Shown piece by piece: positions 24,820-32,000 of a stretch of DNA of 32,000 bases (position 1 is its first letter; every line of letters begins with the position of its first letter). The stretch lies in NCBI RefSeq assembly GCF_003044035.1, contig NZ_NVQC01000013.1, forward strand, positions 1 through 32,000. Reading direction: 5' to 3'. The notes below the pieces were generated by a model. The model did not search any database and was not told where the DNA came from. It was given only the letters and a program-made list of their open reading frames with translations. A program made the position numbers and the translations under genes. This DNA comes from Candidatus Methylomirabilis limnetica. Lineage in GTDB: Bacteria; Methylomirabilota; Methylomirabilia; Methylomirabilales; Methylomirabilaceae.

Positions 24820-27315
24820 ATGGCAAAAGGACACAGCCCTATCGAGATCGGGTCATCGCCCCTACCGCAAGACGCGCGGGCTCTTATCGAGTCGTTCCGC
24901 GACCGCTACCCGTTCCCTTTTGACCCGTTCCAAGAAGAGGCCATCAGCCTGATTGCGGGGGGCAGCTCTGTAATCGTCTCCGCGCCAACCGGCGCGGGTA
25001 AAACCCTCATCGCTGAGTTCGCGATCTACCAGGCCCTGGCTCATCAGCAGCGTATCGCCTATACGACTCCCATAAAGGCGCTGAGTAACCAGAAGTATGC
25101 CGATTTCACCCGTCAGTGGGGTGAAGAGATGGTCGGCATTCTCACCGGCGACGTGAAGGTGAATCCTCGCGCACCACTCGTGATCATGACCACCGAGATC
25201 CTCCGAAACAAGTTCTACGGGGGCGATTTCGAGGGGCTTCACTATGTGGTGCTGGACGAATGCCACTACATGGGGAATGTAGGGCGGGGGACCGTCTGGG
25301 AAGAGATTATCATCAACTGCCCTCCTGAAGTCCAACTCGTCGCCCTCTCGGCTACCGTCAGCAACATCGGCGAGATCGCTGAGTGGATCAGCCAGACGCA
25401 CCGACCGATCCGGCCCATCCACCACCTGGTCCGACCAGTTCCCCTTCAGTACCTGCTCTGCGATAAGGAGGGACAGCTCTGGCCGCCGGATCCAGCTTCA
25501 GCTCGACGAATTATTCAAGCCTCCTTCTCAGACCGAAGCATTTCGGAGGATCGTGGTATCGGCCGATGGGAGCGGCGTGGAGAACGGCGGCACCAGATCT
25601 TACGCCGTCGCGCGCTCGACGAAAGCATTGCCATTTCCGTATTGCGGGCGCACCACTGGCTGCCGGTCATCTACTTTATCTTCAGTCGATCGGGATGCGA
25701 ACGAGCCCTCGCTCGCCTCCTGGAGCGTGGCGAGCCGCTCTTAGATCCCGCCAGAGGTGAGGAGGTGGAGGAGGCGATCCAACTGACACTCCTCGATTAT
25801 CCGAGCATCAGCCCTGAGACTAATCTGAATCGGCTGATCCTACGTGGGCTCCGTCGCGGTGTGGGGCTGCACCACGCCGGCGTCCTACCGGCTTTGAAGC
25901 GGCTCACCGAGGTTCTATTTGAGCGGGGACTGGTGAAGGTCGTCTTCGCGACCGAAACCATGAGCCTGGGGATTCACATGCCGGCCAAAAGCGTGGTGAT
26001 AGGAGGACTTCGTAAGCGGAGCGATTTCGGATTCCGTGGGCTCACCGTAGGGGAGTTGACCCAGATGGCCGGCCGGGCCGGGCGACGAGGGATCGATCCT
26101 GAAGGGACCTGCCTCCTGGCGCTCGATTCTGCTGAGGCGGCCGAAGACGCAGTCCGCATGGTACGAGGCGATCCGGAGCCGATCGAGAGCCAATTCCGGA
26201 TCGGCTACAGCAGCGCTACCTTGCTGATCGCACTGTACCGAGAGCCGGAGGCGATCCGCAAGACCATCGAGAAAAGCTTTGGCCAGTTCCAGAATCGTCG
26301 GAAGATCGAGACCATCAGGACGGAACAGGCGGGAGTGATCCGCAGGCTAGCCGACGCCGAGGGCATAGCATCACCCTGTTGCCCGGTCAGCACGCTGATA
26401 GAGTATCGGGAGCGGCGCGCCGCGCTCGAGCAAGAGCGGGAACGGCTCATGACGTTGCATGTAGCGACTGCGCGGGCCGGCCGTACAGGGGGCCGTGGCC
26501 GCCGTCGTGGTCGTGCCCGACCTGGTCCCTCATCGCTCAGTTTCTTCACCGGAGAATCGGCTGAGGCGGGCAGGGCGAAACTCGACGCGATGGCTCTTGC
26601 CCTTTCCCAGATGCCCTGTCACCGCTGCCCCGAACGGGGGCGCCGAGAGCGACAGATCAAGCAGTCGCGACAATTGGGACAGATGCTGGAGCGTCACCAT
26701 CAGACGCAGCAGCAGCTCCAGAATTCCTACTGGGAACAGTTCCTGCGAGTTGTGGCGATCCTGCAGCACTTTGACTACATCGAGAATGGGCTGTTGCGCG
26801 CGGAAGGTCTCCTCATTGCATCACTGCGCCACGATAACGAACTGCTGGTAGCCCGGGTCGCTTTCTCCGGCCTTCTGGATGGGCTTTCACCTGAGGAGCT
26901 TGCAGCGCTGCTCTCGTGCCTGATAGAGGAACCGCGAACAAACGAGCAGGCCGTCGCCAAGCTGTTCCTCCGCGATCAGGCGCACCTTCGCCGGCGCGTG
27001 AAGACGCTGGAAGGGCTGAGCCAGGAGGTGGACAGGGTTCAGCGATCCTACCATGTCGACCTTCCAGTCTCGATGCACACGACCTATCTGGCGGCTACCC
27101 ATCGGTGGGCCTCAGGCGAGGACGACTGGGTTGCGCTGGTAGAGCAGAGTTTCGGAGGGCACGAGGGTGACCTTATTCGGGCATTCCGTCGACTGATAGA
27201 CCTGTGCCGGCAGCTCGAAGAGAGCCCGGAGTTGCCGACGGGTCTGACGCGAACGCTGTCGCGGGCAACCGAGATGCTGGATCGTGGCATCGTCCTGGAA
27301 TCTGCATTGATCTAA
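24820..27315 (+). CDS. Ski2/HelY-type DExH-box helicase with C-terminal DSHCT-like domain
   Basis: Motif I APTGAGKT, motif II VLDECHY, SAT, HHAG, QMAGRAGRRG. C-terminal ...YLAATHRWASGEDDWVALVEQSFGGHEGDLIRAFRRLIDLCRQL. Contains an Arg/Gly-rich insert, ARAGRTGGRGRRRGRARPG. Confidence 0.9.
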   Translation: MAKGHSPIEIGSSPLPQDARALIESFRDRYPFPFDPFQEEAISLIAGGSSVIVSAPTGAGKTLIAEFAIYQALAHQQRIAYTTPIKALSNQKYADFTRQWGEEMVGILTGDVKVNPRAPLVIMTTEILRNKFYGGDFEGLHYVVLDECHYMGNVGRGTVWEEIIINCPPEVQLVALSATVSNIGEIAEWISQTHRPIRPIHHLVRPVPLQYLLCDKEGQLWPPDPASARRIIQASFSDRSISEDRGIGRWERRGERRHQILRRRALDESIAISVLRAHHWLPVIYFIFSRSGCERALARLLERGEPLLDPARGEEVEEAIQLTLLDYPSISPETNLNRLILRGLRRGVGLHHAGVLPALKRLTEVLFERGLVKVVFATETMSLGIHMPAKSVVIGGLRKRSDFGFRGLTVGELTQMAGRAGRRGIDPEGTCLLALDSAEAAEDAVRMVRGDPEPIESQFRIGYSSATLLIALYREPEAIRKTIEKSFGQFQNRRKIETIRTEQAGVIRRLADAEGIASPCCPVSTLIEYRERRAALEQERERLMTLHVATARAGRTGGRGRRRGRARPGPSSLSFFTGESAEAGRAKLDAMALALSQMPCHRCPERGRRERQIKQSRQLGQMLERHHQTQQQLQNSYWEQFLRVVAILQHFDYIENGLLRAEGLLIASLRHDNELLVARVAFSGLLDGLSPEELAALLSCLIEEPRTNEQAVAKLFLRDQAHLRRRVKTLEGLSQEVDRVQRSYHVDLPVSMHTTYLAATHRWASGEDDWVALVEQSFGGHEGDLIRAFRRLIDLCRQLEESPELPTGLTRTLSRATEMLDRGIVLESALI

Positions 27316-27321
27316 AGGGGT

Positions 27322-27505
27322 GATAACTACTCAGGTGTTTAGGCTGTAGGCTGAAGGCTGTTAGCCATTGAGCATGGACCGAATCAAGGCGCCCAGAACC
27401 TTTTCGGTCTCCATCATTATTCGCGTCGCATTCGGCAAACGCCTGGCTCATCCGTGCGCGTTCCTACAGTCTAAAAGCCTACAGTCTATCTAGCTAAGTA
27501 GTTAC
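27322..27505 (-). mobile_element. MITE-like non-autonomous element, copy R (184 bp), inverted relative to copy L
   Basis: Starts 7 nt after the helicase stop and ends 13 nt before the ATG of the HD gene, whose AAGGAG lies just outside the element. Confidence 0.75.
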
Positions 27506-27517
27506 AAGGAGCGATCG

Positions 27518-28990
27518 ATGGTTACACGACGCGTCACCACACCACAAGTGATTGGGAGCGGGGGATCGCCACTTGCGTCACCCTACGAAGGGGTGGCGTT
27601 ACTGGCGGACCCGATCCACCGCTATATTGTCTTCACTGTGCCGAAGGGTGACCGGTCGGAACGGACCGAGAAGGAGATCATTGATAGCCCTTGGGTCCAA
27701 CGGTTGCGCCGCATCCACCAACTACAGAGCAGTTGGTGGGTCTACCCCTCCGGCGAACACAGTCGGTTTCAGCATGTCCTGGGGACCATGCACATGGCCG
27801 GCGCGTTCGCCCGACACCTCTATCCCAGCCTGAAGGAGACATTCGGGGAGGCCTTGCCGTCTAAGCCGTTCATCGAAGAACTCCTGAGGCTTGCCGGGTT
27901 GCTCCACGACGTGGGACACGGTCCCTTCGGGCATTTTTTCGACGAGCACTTCCTGCAGCAGTTTCACGTTGGTGGCGAGCGGCTGAACCACGAGATCCTG
28001 GGAATGGCCATCATCACGAAGAGGCTAGGGGGGATCATCAAAGCGATCCGCCGAAGCCCGAGCGGGCCGTTTTCGTCGAATGAGCGGCTCGACCCCAGAC
28101 AGATCGCCTTTCTAATCAAGAAGCCGGAGGCCGGCCCCGTGACTGGCTTTCCAGACTGGCTGCTGGCGCTCCGCCCGCTCTTCTCCGGGATCTACACCGT
28201 GGACAACCTTGATTACGTCCAGCGAGACGCCTATATGACCGGCTTCTCGCTTGATATGGTGGACATCGAGCGGCTGCTGCTGTACACGTTTTTCACGCCG
28301 AAGGGGCTGAGCCTGCACAAAGCCGGAGAGTCGGCCCTGATGCGGTTCCTGAACGCGAAGATCGCCCTTTACGTGAACGTCTACCATCACCGGACGACCA
28401 GAGCTATCGACCTGCACATACAGGAGATCTTTAAGGGGACGATGGCGCGGATCGCCCCGTATAATCCGTACAAAGCGCTAGACCGATACCTGGAGCTGAC
28501 CGATTGGTTCCTGCTCGAGCGGGTCCGCGAGTGGGCCACATCGAAGGATCCGCACGAGCGAGCGCTGGGAGCGGAATGGGGGAAGATCTTGGGCCGGAAG
28601 GTCAAGTGGAAGATGGCATATGACTTTGTATCCACCATCGAAGAGTCCCAGCGGATGGTCCAGTTTCAGACCGCCACACATCTGGAGGAGGCGATCCGCC
28701 GCCATCTATCCAAGCGCCTGTGTGGGATCGAGTTCAAGGTGGACATGGCCGCGCTCGATACCCGTCCCCTCAACCCGCTGGCGGAAGGGAGCAAGCAGAT
28801 CTTCATGTACAATCCGGCCACGGGCGAGGTGTCGCCCAGACCCCTCATGGAGCTATTCCGCGACATACCACCCAAGGTGGCCCACTACCGGGTCTTCACC
28901 ACAGACCGCCGGCATGTCAAGGCCCTCAGCGAGGCCTCCGAGAAGGCACTGACCGGTTCCGCCGGCGAGTCGATCCCCACTAATATCTGA
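27518..28990 (+). CDS. HD-domain dNTP triphosphohydrolase-like protein (SAMHD1 / EF1143-type)
   Basis: HSRFQHVLGTMHMAG..., LLHDVGHGPFGHFFDE, VDNLDYVQRDAYMTG. Confidence 0.85.
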   Translation: MVTRRVTTPQVIGSGGSPLASPYEGVALLADPIHRYIVFTVPKGDRSERTEKEIIDSPWVQRLRRIHQLQSSWWVYPSGEHSRFQHVLGTMHMAGAFARHLYPSLKETFGEALPSKPFIEELLRLAGLLHDVGHGPFGHFFDEHFLQQFHVGGERLNHEILGMAIITKRLGGIIKAIRRSPSGPFSSNERLDPRQIAFLIKKPEAGPVTGFPDWLLALRPLFSGIYTVDNLDYVQRDAYMTGFSLDMVDIERLLLYTFFTPKGLSLHKAGESALMRFLNAKIALYVNVYHHRTTRAIDLHIQEIFKGTMARIAPYNPYKALDRYLELTDWFLLERVREWATSKDPHERALGAEWGKILGRKVKWKMAYDFVSTIEESQRMVQFQTATHLEEAIRRHLSKRLCGIEFKVDMAALDTRPLNPLAEGSKQIFMYNPATGEVSPRPLMELFRDIPPKVAHYRVFTTDRRHVKALSEASEKALTGSAGESIPTNI

Positions 28991-29031
28991 TCCAGATGCT
29001 TTCGCTGTATGATTCTTTTCGTTATGTCGGT

Positions 29032-29108
29032 GTAGGGGCGCCGCTTGCTGCGCCCCTCATGAGTAGAGCAAGCAACGGCCCCAAGGGCGCAGCAAGCAGC
29101 GCCCCTAC
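29032..29108. repeat. REPIN-like inverted pair of GTAGGGGC palindromes at the 5' end of the RAYT gene
   Basis: GTAGGGGCGCCGCTTGCTGCGCCCCTC (29032-29058) and AAGGGCGCAGCAAGCAGCGCCCCTAC (29083-29108) are near reverse complements of each other, and each is itself a hairpin. Confidence 0.7.
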
Positions 29109-29706
29109 GAACCACCGACGATCCCTTCGCCTCCAGGGATTCGATTATTCCAAGGAGGACGCCTATTTCGTGACGGTCTGCACCCAGAACCGAGAGTGCC
29201 TCTTTGGTGATGTTGTGGATGGGGCGATGCACCTCAATGACGCAGGTCGGCTGGTTCAGGCAGTGTGGGATGGACTCTCGCAGCGATTTCCAACGATTGA
29301 ATTGGATGCATTTGTGGTGATGCCGAATCACATCCACGGGATCATCACCGTAGGGGCACCCCTCGTGGGTGCCCAAGAGGGAATCCCTGACGATAGGGCA
29401 ACCACAAGGGTTGCCCCTACGGTCGGGAGCATCGTGGGGGCGTTCAAGTCGATCACCACCAACGAATACATCCGCGGCGTGACAACCGGGTTCTGGCCAC
29501 CTTTTCTCGGTCGGTTATGGCAACGGAACTATTACGAACACGTCATCCGAAGCGAAGAATCCTTGAACCGCATCCAGGAGTATATTGCAACAAATCCCTT
29601 CCGTTGGGAACTCGACCGAGAGAATCCGGCGCGTCAAGGCGAAGACGAATTCGATCGCTGGTTGGCAACATTCAAGAGCAGGCCACCAAGTCAATGCCAT
29701 TGTTAG
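29059..29706 (+). CDS. REP-associated tyrosine transposase (RAYT, IS200-like Y1 HUH enzyme)
   Basis: RRSLRLQGFDYSKEDAYFVTVCTQNRECLFG..., HUH motif MPNHIHGII, ...VGSIVGAFKSITTNEY...LWQRNYYEHVIRSEESLNRIQEYIATNP (catalytic Tyr region). Start is either 29059 or 28996. Confidence 0.85.
   Translation: MSRASNGPKGAASSAPTNHRRSLRLQGFDYSKEDAYFVTVCTQNRECLFGDVVDGAMHLNDAGRLVQAVWDGLSQRFPTIELDAFVVMPNHIHGIITVGAPLVGAQEGIPDDRATTRVAPTVGSIVGAFKSITTNEYIRGVTTGFWPPFLGRLWQRNYYEHVIRSEESLNRIQEYIATNPFRWELDRENPARQGEDEFDRWLATFKSRPPSQCHC
29350..29420. repeat. second inverted pair of GTAGGGGC-type hairpins, in frame inside the RAYT coding sequence
   Basis: GTAGGGGCACCCCTCGTGGGTGCCC (29350-29374) and AGGGCAACCACAAGGGTTGCCCCTAC (29395-29420). 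Translated as VGAPLVGAQEGIPDDRATTRVAPT between the HUH motif and the conserved VGSIVGAFKS block. Confidence 0.7.
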
Positions 29707-29964
29707 TTGACAATCTGAAGCGGCCCCAGCGGCTGTCACGCAATCGCCTCCGGCCGGTACGAATGGATGTTTTGGGAGATGGGGTACCGCCGGGGGTTCT
29801 GGCCGCTCTAAGTCCTAAGCGGCTGAGGGTTCTCGGAAAGTCCGAAAAGTGTTTGACATCTTGGTGATCGCGTGGCAAGCTACGCTGCACGAAAACAGTC
29901 CAGTTATGTTCGGCAGAGAGATCTGTAGCATCGTGGCAAGGGATACTACGTGGAGGAGCAGGCG

Positions 29965-30270
29965 ATGTTCTATATGATCGAGTTTGACCAGAAGCCGGGG
30001 ATTGCACGGAAGCAGGTATCCGAAGCGTATCAGCGATTTGCCGACCACTTTGCAAAGCTCCTCCCGCAGTTTAAGCTCGTTGGTTTTTTCTCCCGCGACC
30101 TCCTGGGGCATCGCCCTCAGTACCTTGCACTGTGGGAATTCTCCGCCTATGCGGATCTCGACGCATGGAACAATCTCTGGACAACAGACGAAGAAGGGCG
30201 ACGGCTGGCCCGGGAACTGAGCGAACTCGCGCAAGACTGGGATGCCAAGGTGTTGGCCAAGCTCCTCTGA
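29965..30270 (+). CDS. hypothetical 101-aa protein, possibly a dimeric alpha/beta-barrel fold
   Basis: MFYMIEFDQKPG...YLALWEFSAYADLDAWNNLW... GGAGGAG lies 6 nt before the ATG at 29965. Confidence 0.5.
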   Translation: MFYMIEFDQKPGIARKQVSEAYQRFADHFAKLLPQFKLVGFFSRDLLGHRPQYLALWEFSAYADLDAWNNLWTTDEEGRRLARELSELAQDWDAKVLAKLL

Positions 30271-30331
30271 GACCGAGTTCGCCAAGGCTCCAGCAGTGCG
30301 AGCCGCACCATCCAGTCAGGGTTCCTTCCGC

Positions 30332-30360
30332 TTGACAAGCGCTGCACATTACCGTACATA
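30332..30360 (+). promoter_or_regulatory. candidate sigma-70 promoter for the tRNA gene
   Basis: TTGACA, 17 nt, TACATA. The predicted ~47-nt leader contains the hairpin CGCCCCC-ccgc-GGGGGCG (30373-30390). Confidence 0.4.
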
Positions 30361-30413
30361 CTCATCAAGAGTCGCCCCCCCGCGGGGGCGTGGATTTAAA
30401 CGCGAGCTATCGC

Positions 30414-30490
30414 GGCGGTGTAGCTCAGTTGGTTAGAGCACGCGGCTCATATCCGCGGAGTCACTGGTTCGAGTCCAGTCACCGCCACCA
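30414..30490 (+). tRNA. tRNA with anticodon CAT: elongator tRNA-Met, or tRNA-Ile2 if lysidine-modified; CCA encoded
   Basis: Cloverleaf: acceptor GGCGGTG/CACCGCC, D arm GCTC-AGTTGGTTA-GAGC, anticodon arm CGCGG-CTCATAT-CCGCG, T arm ACTGG-TTCGAGT-CCAGT, discriminator A, CCA. A paired 1:72 and no GGG/CCC in the anticodon stem argue against an initiator. Confidence 0.9.
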
Positions 30491-30494
30491 AATT

Positions 30495-30520
30495 CAGCTA
30501 TCAGGCGTCAGCTTCAGCTA
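30495..30520 (+). repeat. heptamer-like tract CAGCTAT CAGGCGT CAGCTT CAGCTAA
   Basis: Same CAGCNNT periodicity as at 8252-8281 and inside the MITE copies. Confidence 0.5.
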
Positions 30521-30531
30521 AACCCCCCTAA

Positions 30532-30618
30532 CCCCCCTTTCTAAAAGGGGGGGGATATTCCTGATACGCCTCCGTGCCTCCCCCTTTCGTAAAGGGGGAT
30601 TGAGGGGGTTTTTATCGG
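30532..30618 (+). repeat. C5-6T3 / A3G5-6 hairpin module (two hairpins plus a GGGGG-TTTTATCGG tail)
   Basis: CCCCCCTTT-cta-AAAGGGGGG (30532-30552), then CCCCCTTT-cgt-AAAGGGGG (30580-30598) followed by ATTGAGGGGGTTTTTATCGG. A related copy lies at 31181-31220. Confidence 0.65.
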
Positions 30619-30665
30619 CCGTGGTGCGGCCGCGGCCGCATGGGGTGTTGCTCAGCTAACCGTGG

Positions 30666-31082
30666 TTACTTCACGGGGACGGTGAGTGGCTGGTCCTTTT
30701 CTGCAATAGTGAACGCCAGGGCCTTGGCTGGCATGGTCGAGCTGAGGTTCTTCACGCGATGCACCTGTTTGGGCGGCTGATGGAACGTGTCGCCAGGCTT
30801 GAAGGTGATGGGCGATTTCCCCTGGACCTCCAGGCTGACCGCGCCTTCAAGGAGATACGCTATTTCCTCCCCCGGGTGATAGTGGGACTGAGTCGCCGCT
30901 CCAGGCGCGAACTCCACCAAAGCTAGTACACCTTCTTTCCCCTCAATCCCTGCCAGATCCGTCTTGAGGAGCACGGTACGCTTCATCGGCTCCTGTTGCG
31001 CATTCAAAGCCTGAGTCCCGATCACCCCCAGTGCGATCCCAACCGTCAAGGTCAAGGTAAGCAGCAAACCCATTCGCTTCAT
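30666..31082 (-). CDS. secreted cupin-domain protein
   Basis: Signal peptide MKRMGLLLTLTLTVGIALGVIGTQALNA, then cupin motifs SHYHPGEEIAYLLEG ... PGDTFHQPPKQVHRVKN. AAGGAGG upstream. Confidence 0.8.
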   Translation of the reverse strand: MKRMGLLLTLTLTVGIALGVIGTQALNAQQEPMKRTVLLKTDLAGIEGKEGVLALVEFAPGAATQSHYHPGEEIAYLLEGAVSLEVQGKSPITFKPGDTFHQPPKQVHRVKNLSSTMPAKALAFTIAEKDQPLTVPVK

Positions 31083-31137
31083 AATTCCCTCCTTAATTCC
31101 CCAGAAGAGCGTCTGTCGTGTCTATATCAGGCCGTAG

Positions 31138-31163
31138 GTCGGGTTAGCGCAGCGTAACCCGAC
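31138..31163. repeat. REP-like hairpin GTCGGGTTA-gcgcagcg-TAACCCGAC
   Basis: 9-bp perfect stem. The reverse-strand ORF artefact here reads ...GLRCANPTYG.... Confidence 0.55.
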
Positions 31164-31180
31164 AACTCGGAATCCTCCTC

Positions 31181-31220
31181 CCTCCTTTATGAAAGGGGGG
31201 TGGGGGGGATTTATCGGGGG
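31181..31220 (+). repeat. second copy of the C/T...A/G hairpin module
   Basis: CCTCCTTT-atg-AAAGGGGGG-TGGGGGGGATTTATCGGGGG, in the same orientation as 30580-30618, so the two copies flank the cupin gene as direct repeats. Confidence 0.6.
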
Positions 31221-31312
31221 TATGCCAGGTCCAGACCTCCTTTCCAATACGACAGTGGCCGCATGAACGCAGATATTTATGATGCATGGGTGGCCCCAGG
31301 GACCCCTGAGAA

Positions 31313-31723
31313 TCAATTATATTTTCTCTTTGTATTCCCTGAAGCCGGTAACCAATTGCCGGAAAGAGGTGGGTTTGTATTTCTCAAAGCTCTCTTCGTC
31401 CACGTAAACAAAGTCATCGTATAGAGCTGCTCGGTATCCACATCGAAATAGCCATGAGCCGGAACATCCCGAAGTCCCATGGCCACGCGCCATTGCACTT
31501 GCGGGTAGCGGGTAAAAAGCTTGCCCTCCGTTTGCTTATCAATATTCTTGAACTCCTCTCCGGCGGCGATCAAGATCCTACAGACGGTATCCATACGGTC
31601 CTATCCAGCGTCGTCGGCCGAAAAATCGCTCGGCTGGGAGATGTCGGCGCAGCGGCGGGGAATTCCCTCCAACGCCATCAATACGGTTTGCTATCTTTCC
31701 AATAACAAACCAGAATCATACAT
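31313..31723 (-). pseudogene. HepT (DUF86 HEPN) toxin with two in-frame TAG codons
   Basis: Single frame from ATG 31723: MYDSGLLLER*QTVLMALEGIPRRCADISQPSDFSADDAG*DRMDTVCRILIAAGEEFKNIDKQTEGKLFTRYPQVQWRVAMGLRDVPAHGYFDVDTEQLY... TAG codons at 31693-31691 and 31603-31601. The R....H.Y HEPN motif is present. ATG overlaps the upstream stop (ATGTATGA). Confidence 0.7.
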
Positions 31724-32000
31724 AGATCGCCTCCCGTTCGATTCTGGCTTTTAGACGTGGATTCATGGTGTCTCGCAACCGAACGACGTCCACCGGATGA
31801 TTCAGGAAGGCTTCCAGATCCTGTTTTAGCATGGCGGTTATGAACAGATCGGGGCGATCAGTCTGGAAAACCACATCATCCTTCCTGATTCTATTCAGCG
31901 CTTCTCCAAGAATCTCGAACTTCCGCTCAACACCACTCCGGAGTAATTCATCCTGCTCATATTCGTCAAACGTCTTTCCACGGACGAACCGGAGAATGGC
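31716..32000 (-). CDS. edge-truncated chimeric ORF: DUF86/HEPN N-terminal half fused to an MNT nucleotidyltransferase C-terminal tail
   Basis: Manual translation: AILRFVRGKTFDEYEQDELLRSGVERKFEILGEALNRIRKDD (HEPN-like, ..LEIIGEA.N..), then VVFQTDRPDLFITAMLKQDLEAFLNHPVDVVRLRDTMNPRLKARIEREAIYV* (typical MNT C-terminus, VD.V....L.P.L...I..EA.YV). Open at the window edge, so absent from the ORF track. Confidence 0.55.
   Translation of the reverse strand, partial: AILRFVRGKTFDEYEQDELLRSGVERKFEILGEALNRIRKDDVVFQTDRPDLFITAMLKQDLEAFLNHPVDVVRLRDTMNPRLKARIEREAIYV

Overview
GC-rich (by eye about 58-60%) chromosomal segment from a diderm bacterium; I cannot assign a taxon from sequence alone. The centre is ordinary core genome: pxpABC (5-oxoprolinase), galT-like, a sigma-54-driven glnB-glnA pair followed by a lipoprotein gene and glnE, RNase P RNA, an ankyrin protein, DUF3047, an Mla lipid-transport operon with an embedded TolC-family gene, a Ski2/HelY-type helicase, a SAMHD1-type HD dNTPase, one tRNA(CAT) and a secreted cupin. 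Both ends are decaying accessory DNA. On the left, an IS21 copy abuts a triple-hit integron integrase pseudogene, followed by two ParE-type TA modules (one toxin frameshifted) and an MNT/HEPN remnant. On the right are a HepT pseudogene with two in-frame amber codons and a HEPN::MNT chimeric ORF. The window is dense in small repeats: a ~184-bp MITE-like element in inverted copies bracketing the helicase, a RAYT (IS200-like) gene carrying REPIN-like palindromes, CAGCNNT heptamer tracts, C5T3/A3G5 hairpin modules, and two short repeat families near guaD. There is no CRISPR array, rRNA, reverse transcriptase or clearly novel multi-gene system; the findings are candidates only. Two edge-truncated CDSs and several frameshifted genes are absent from the ORF track and were recovered by manual translation.
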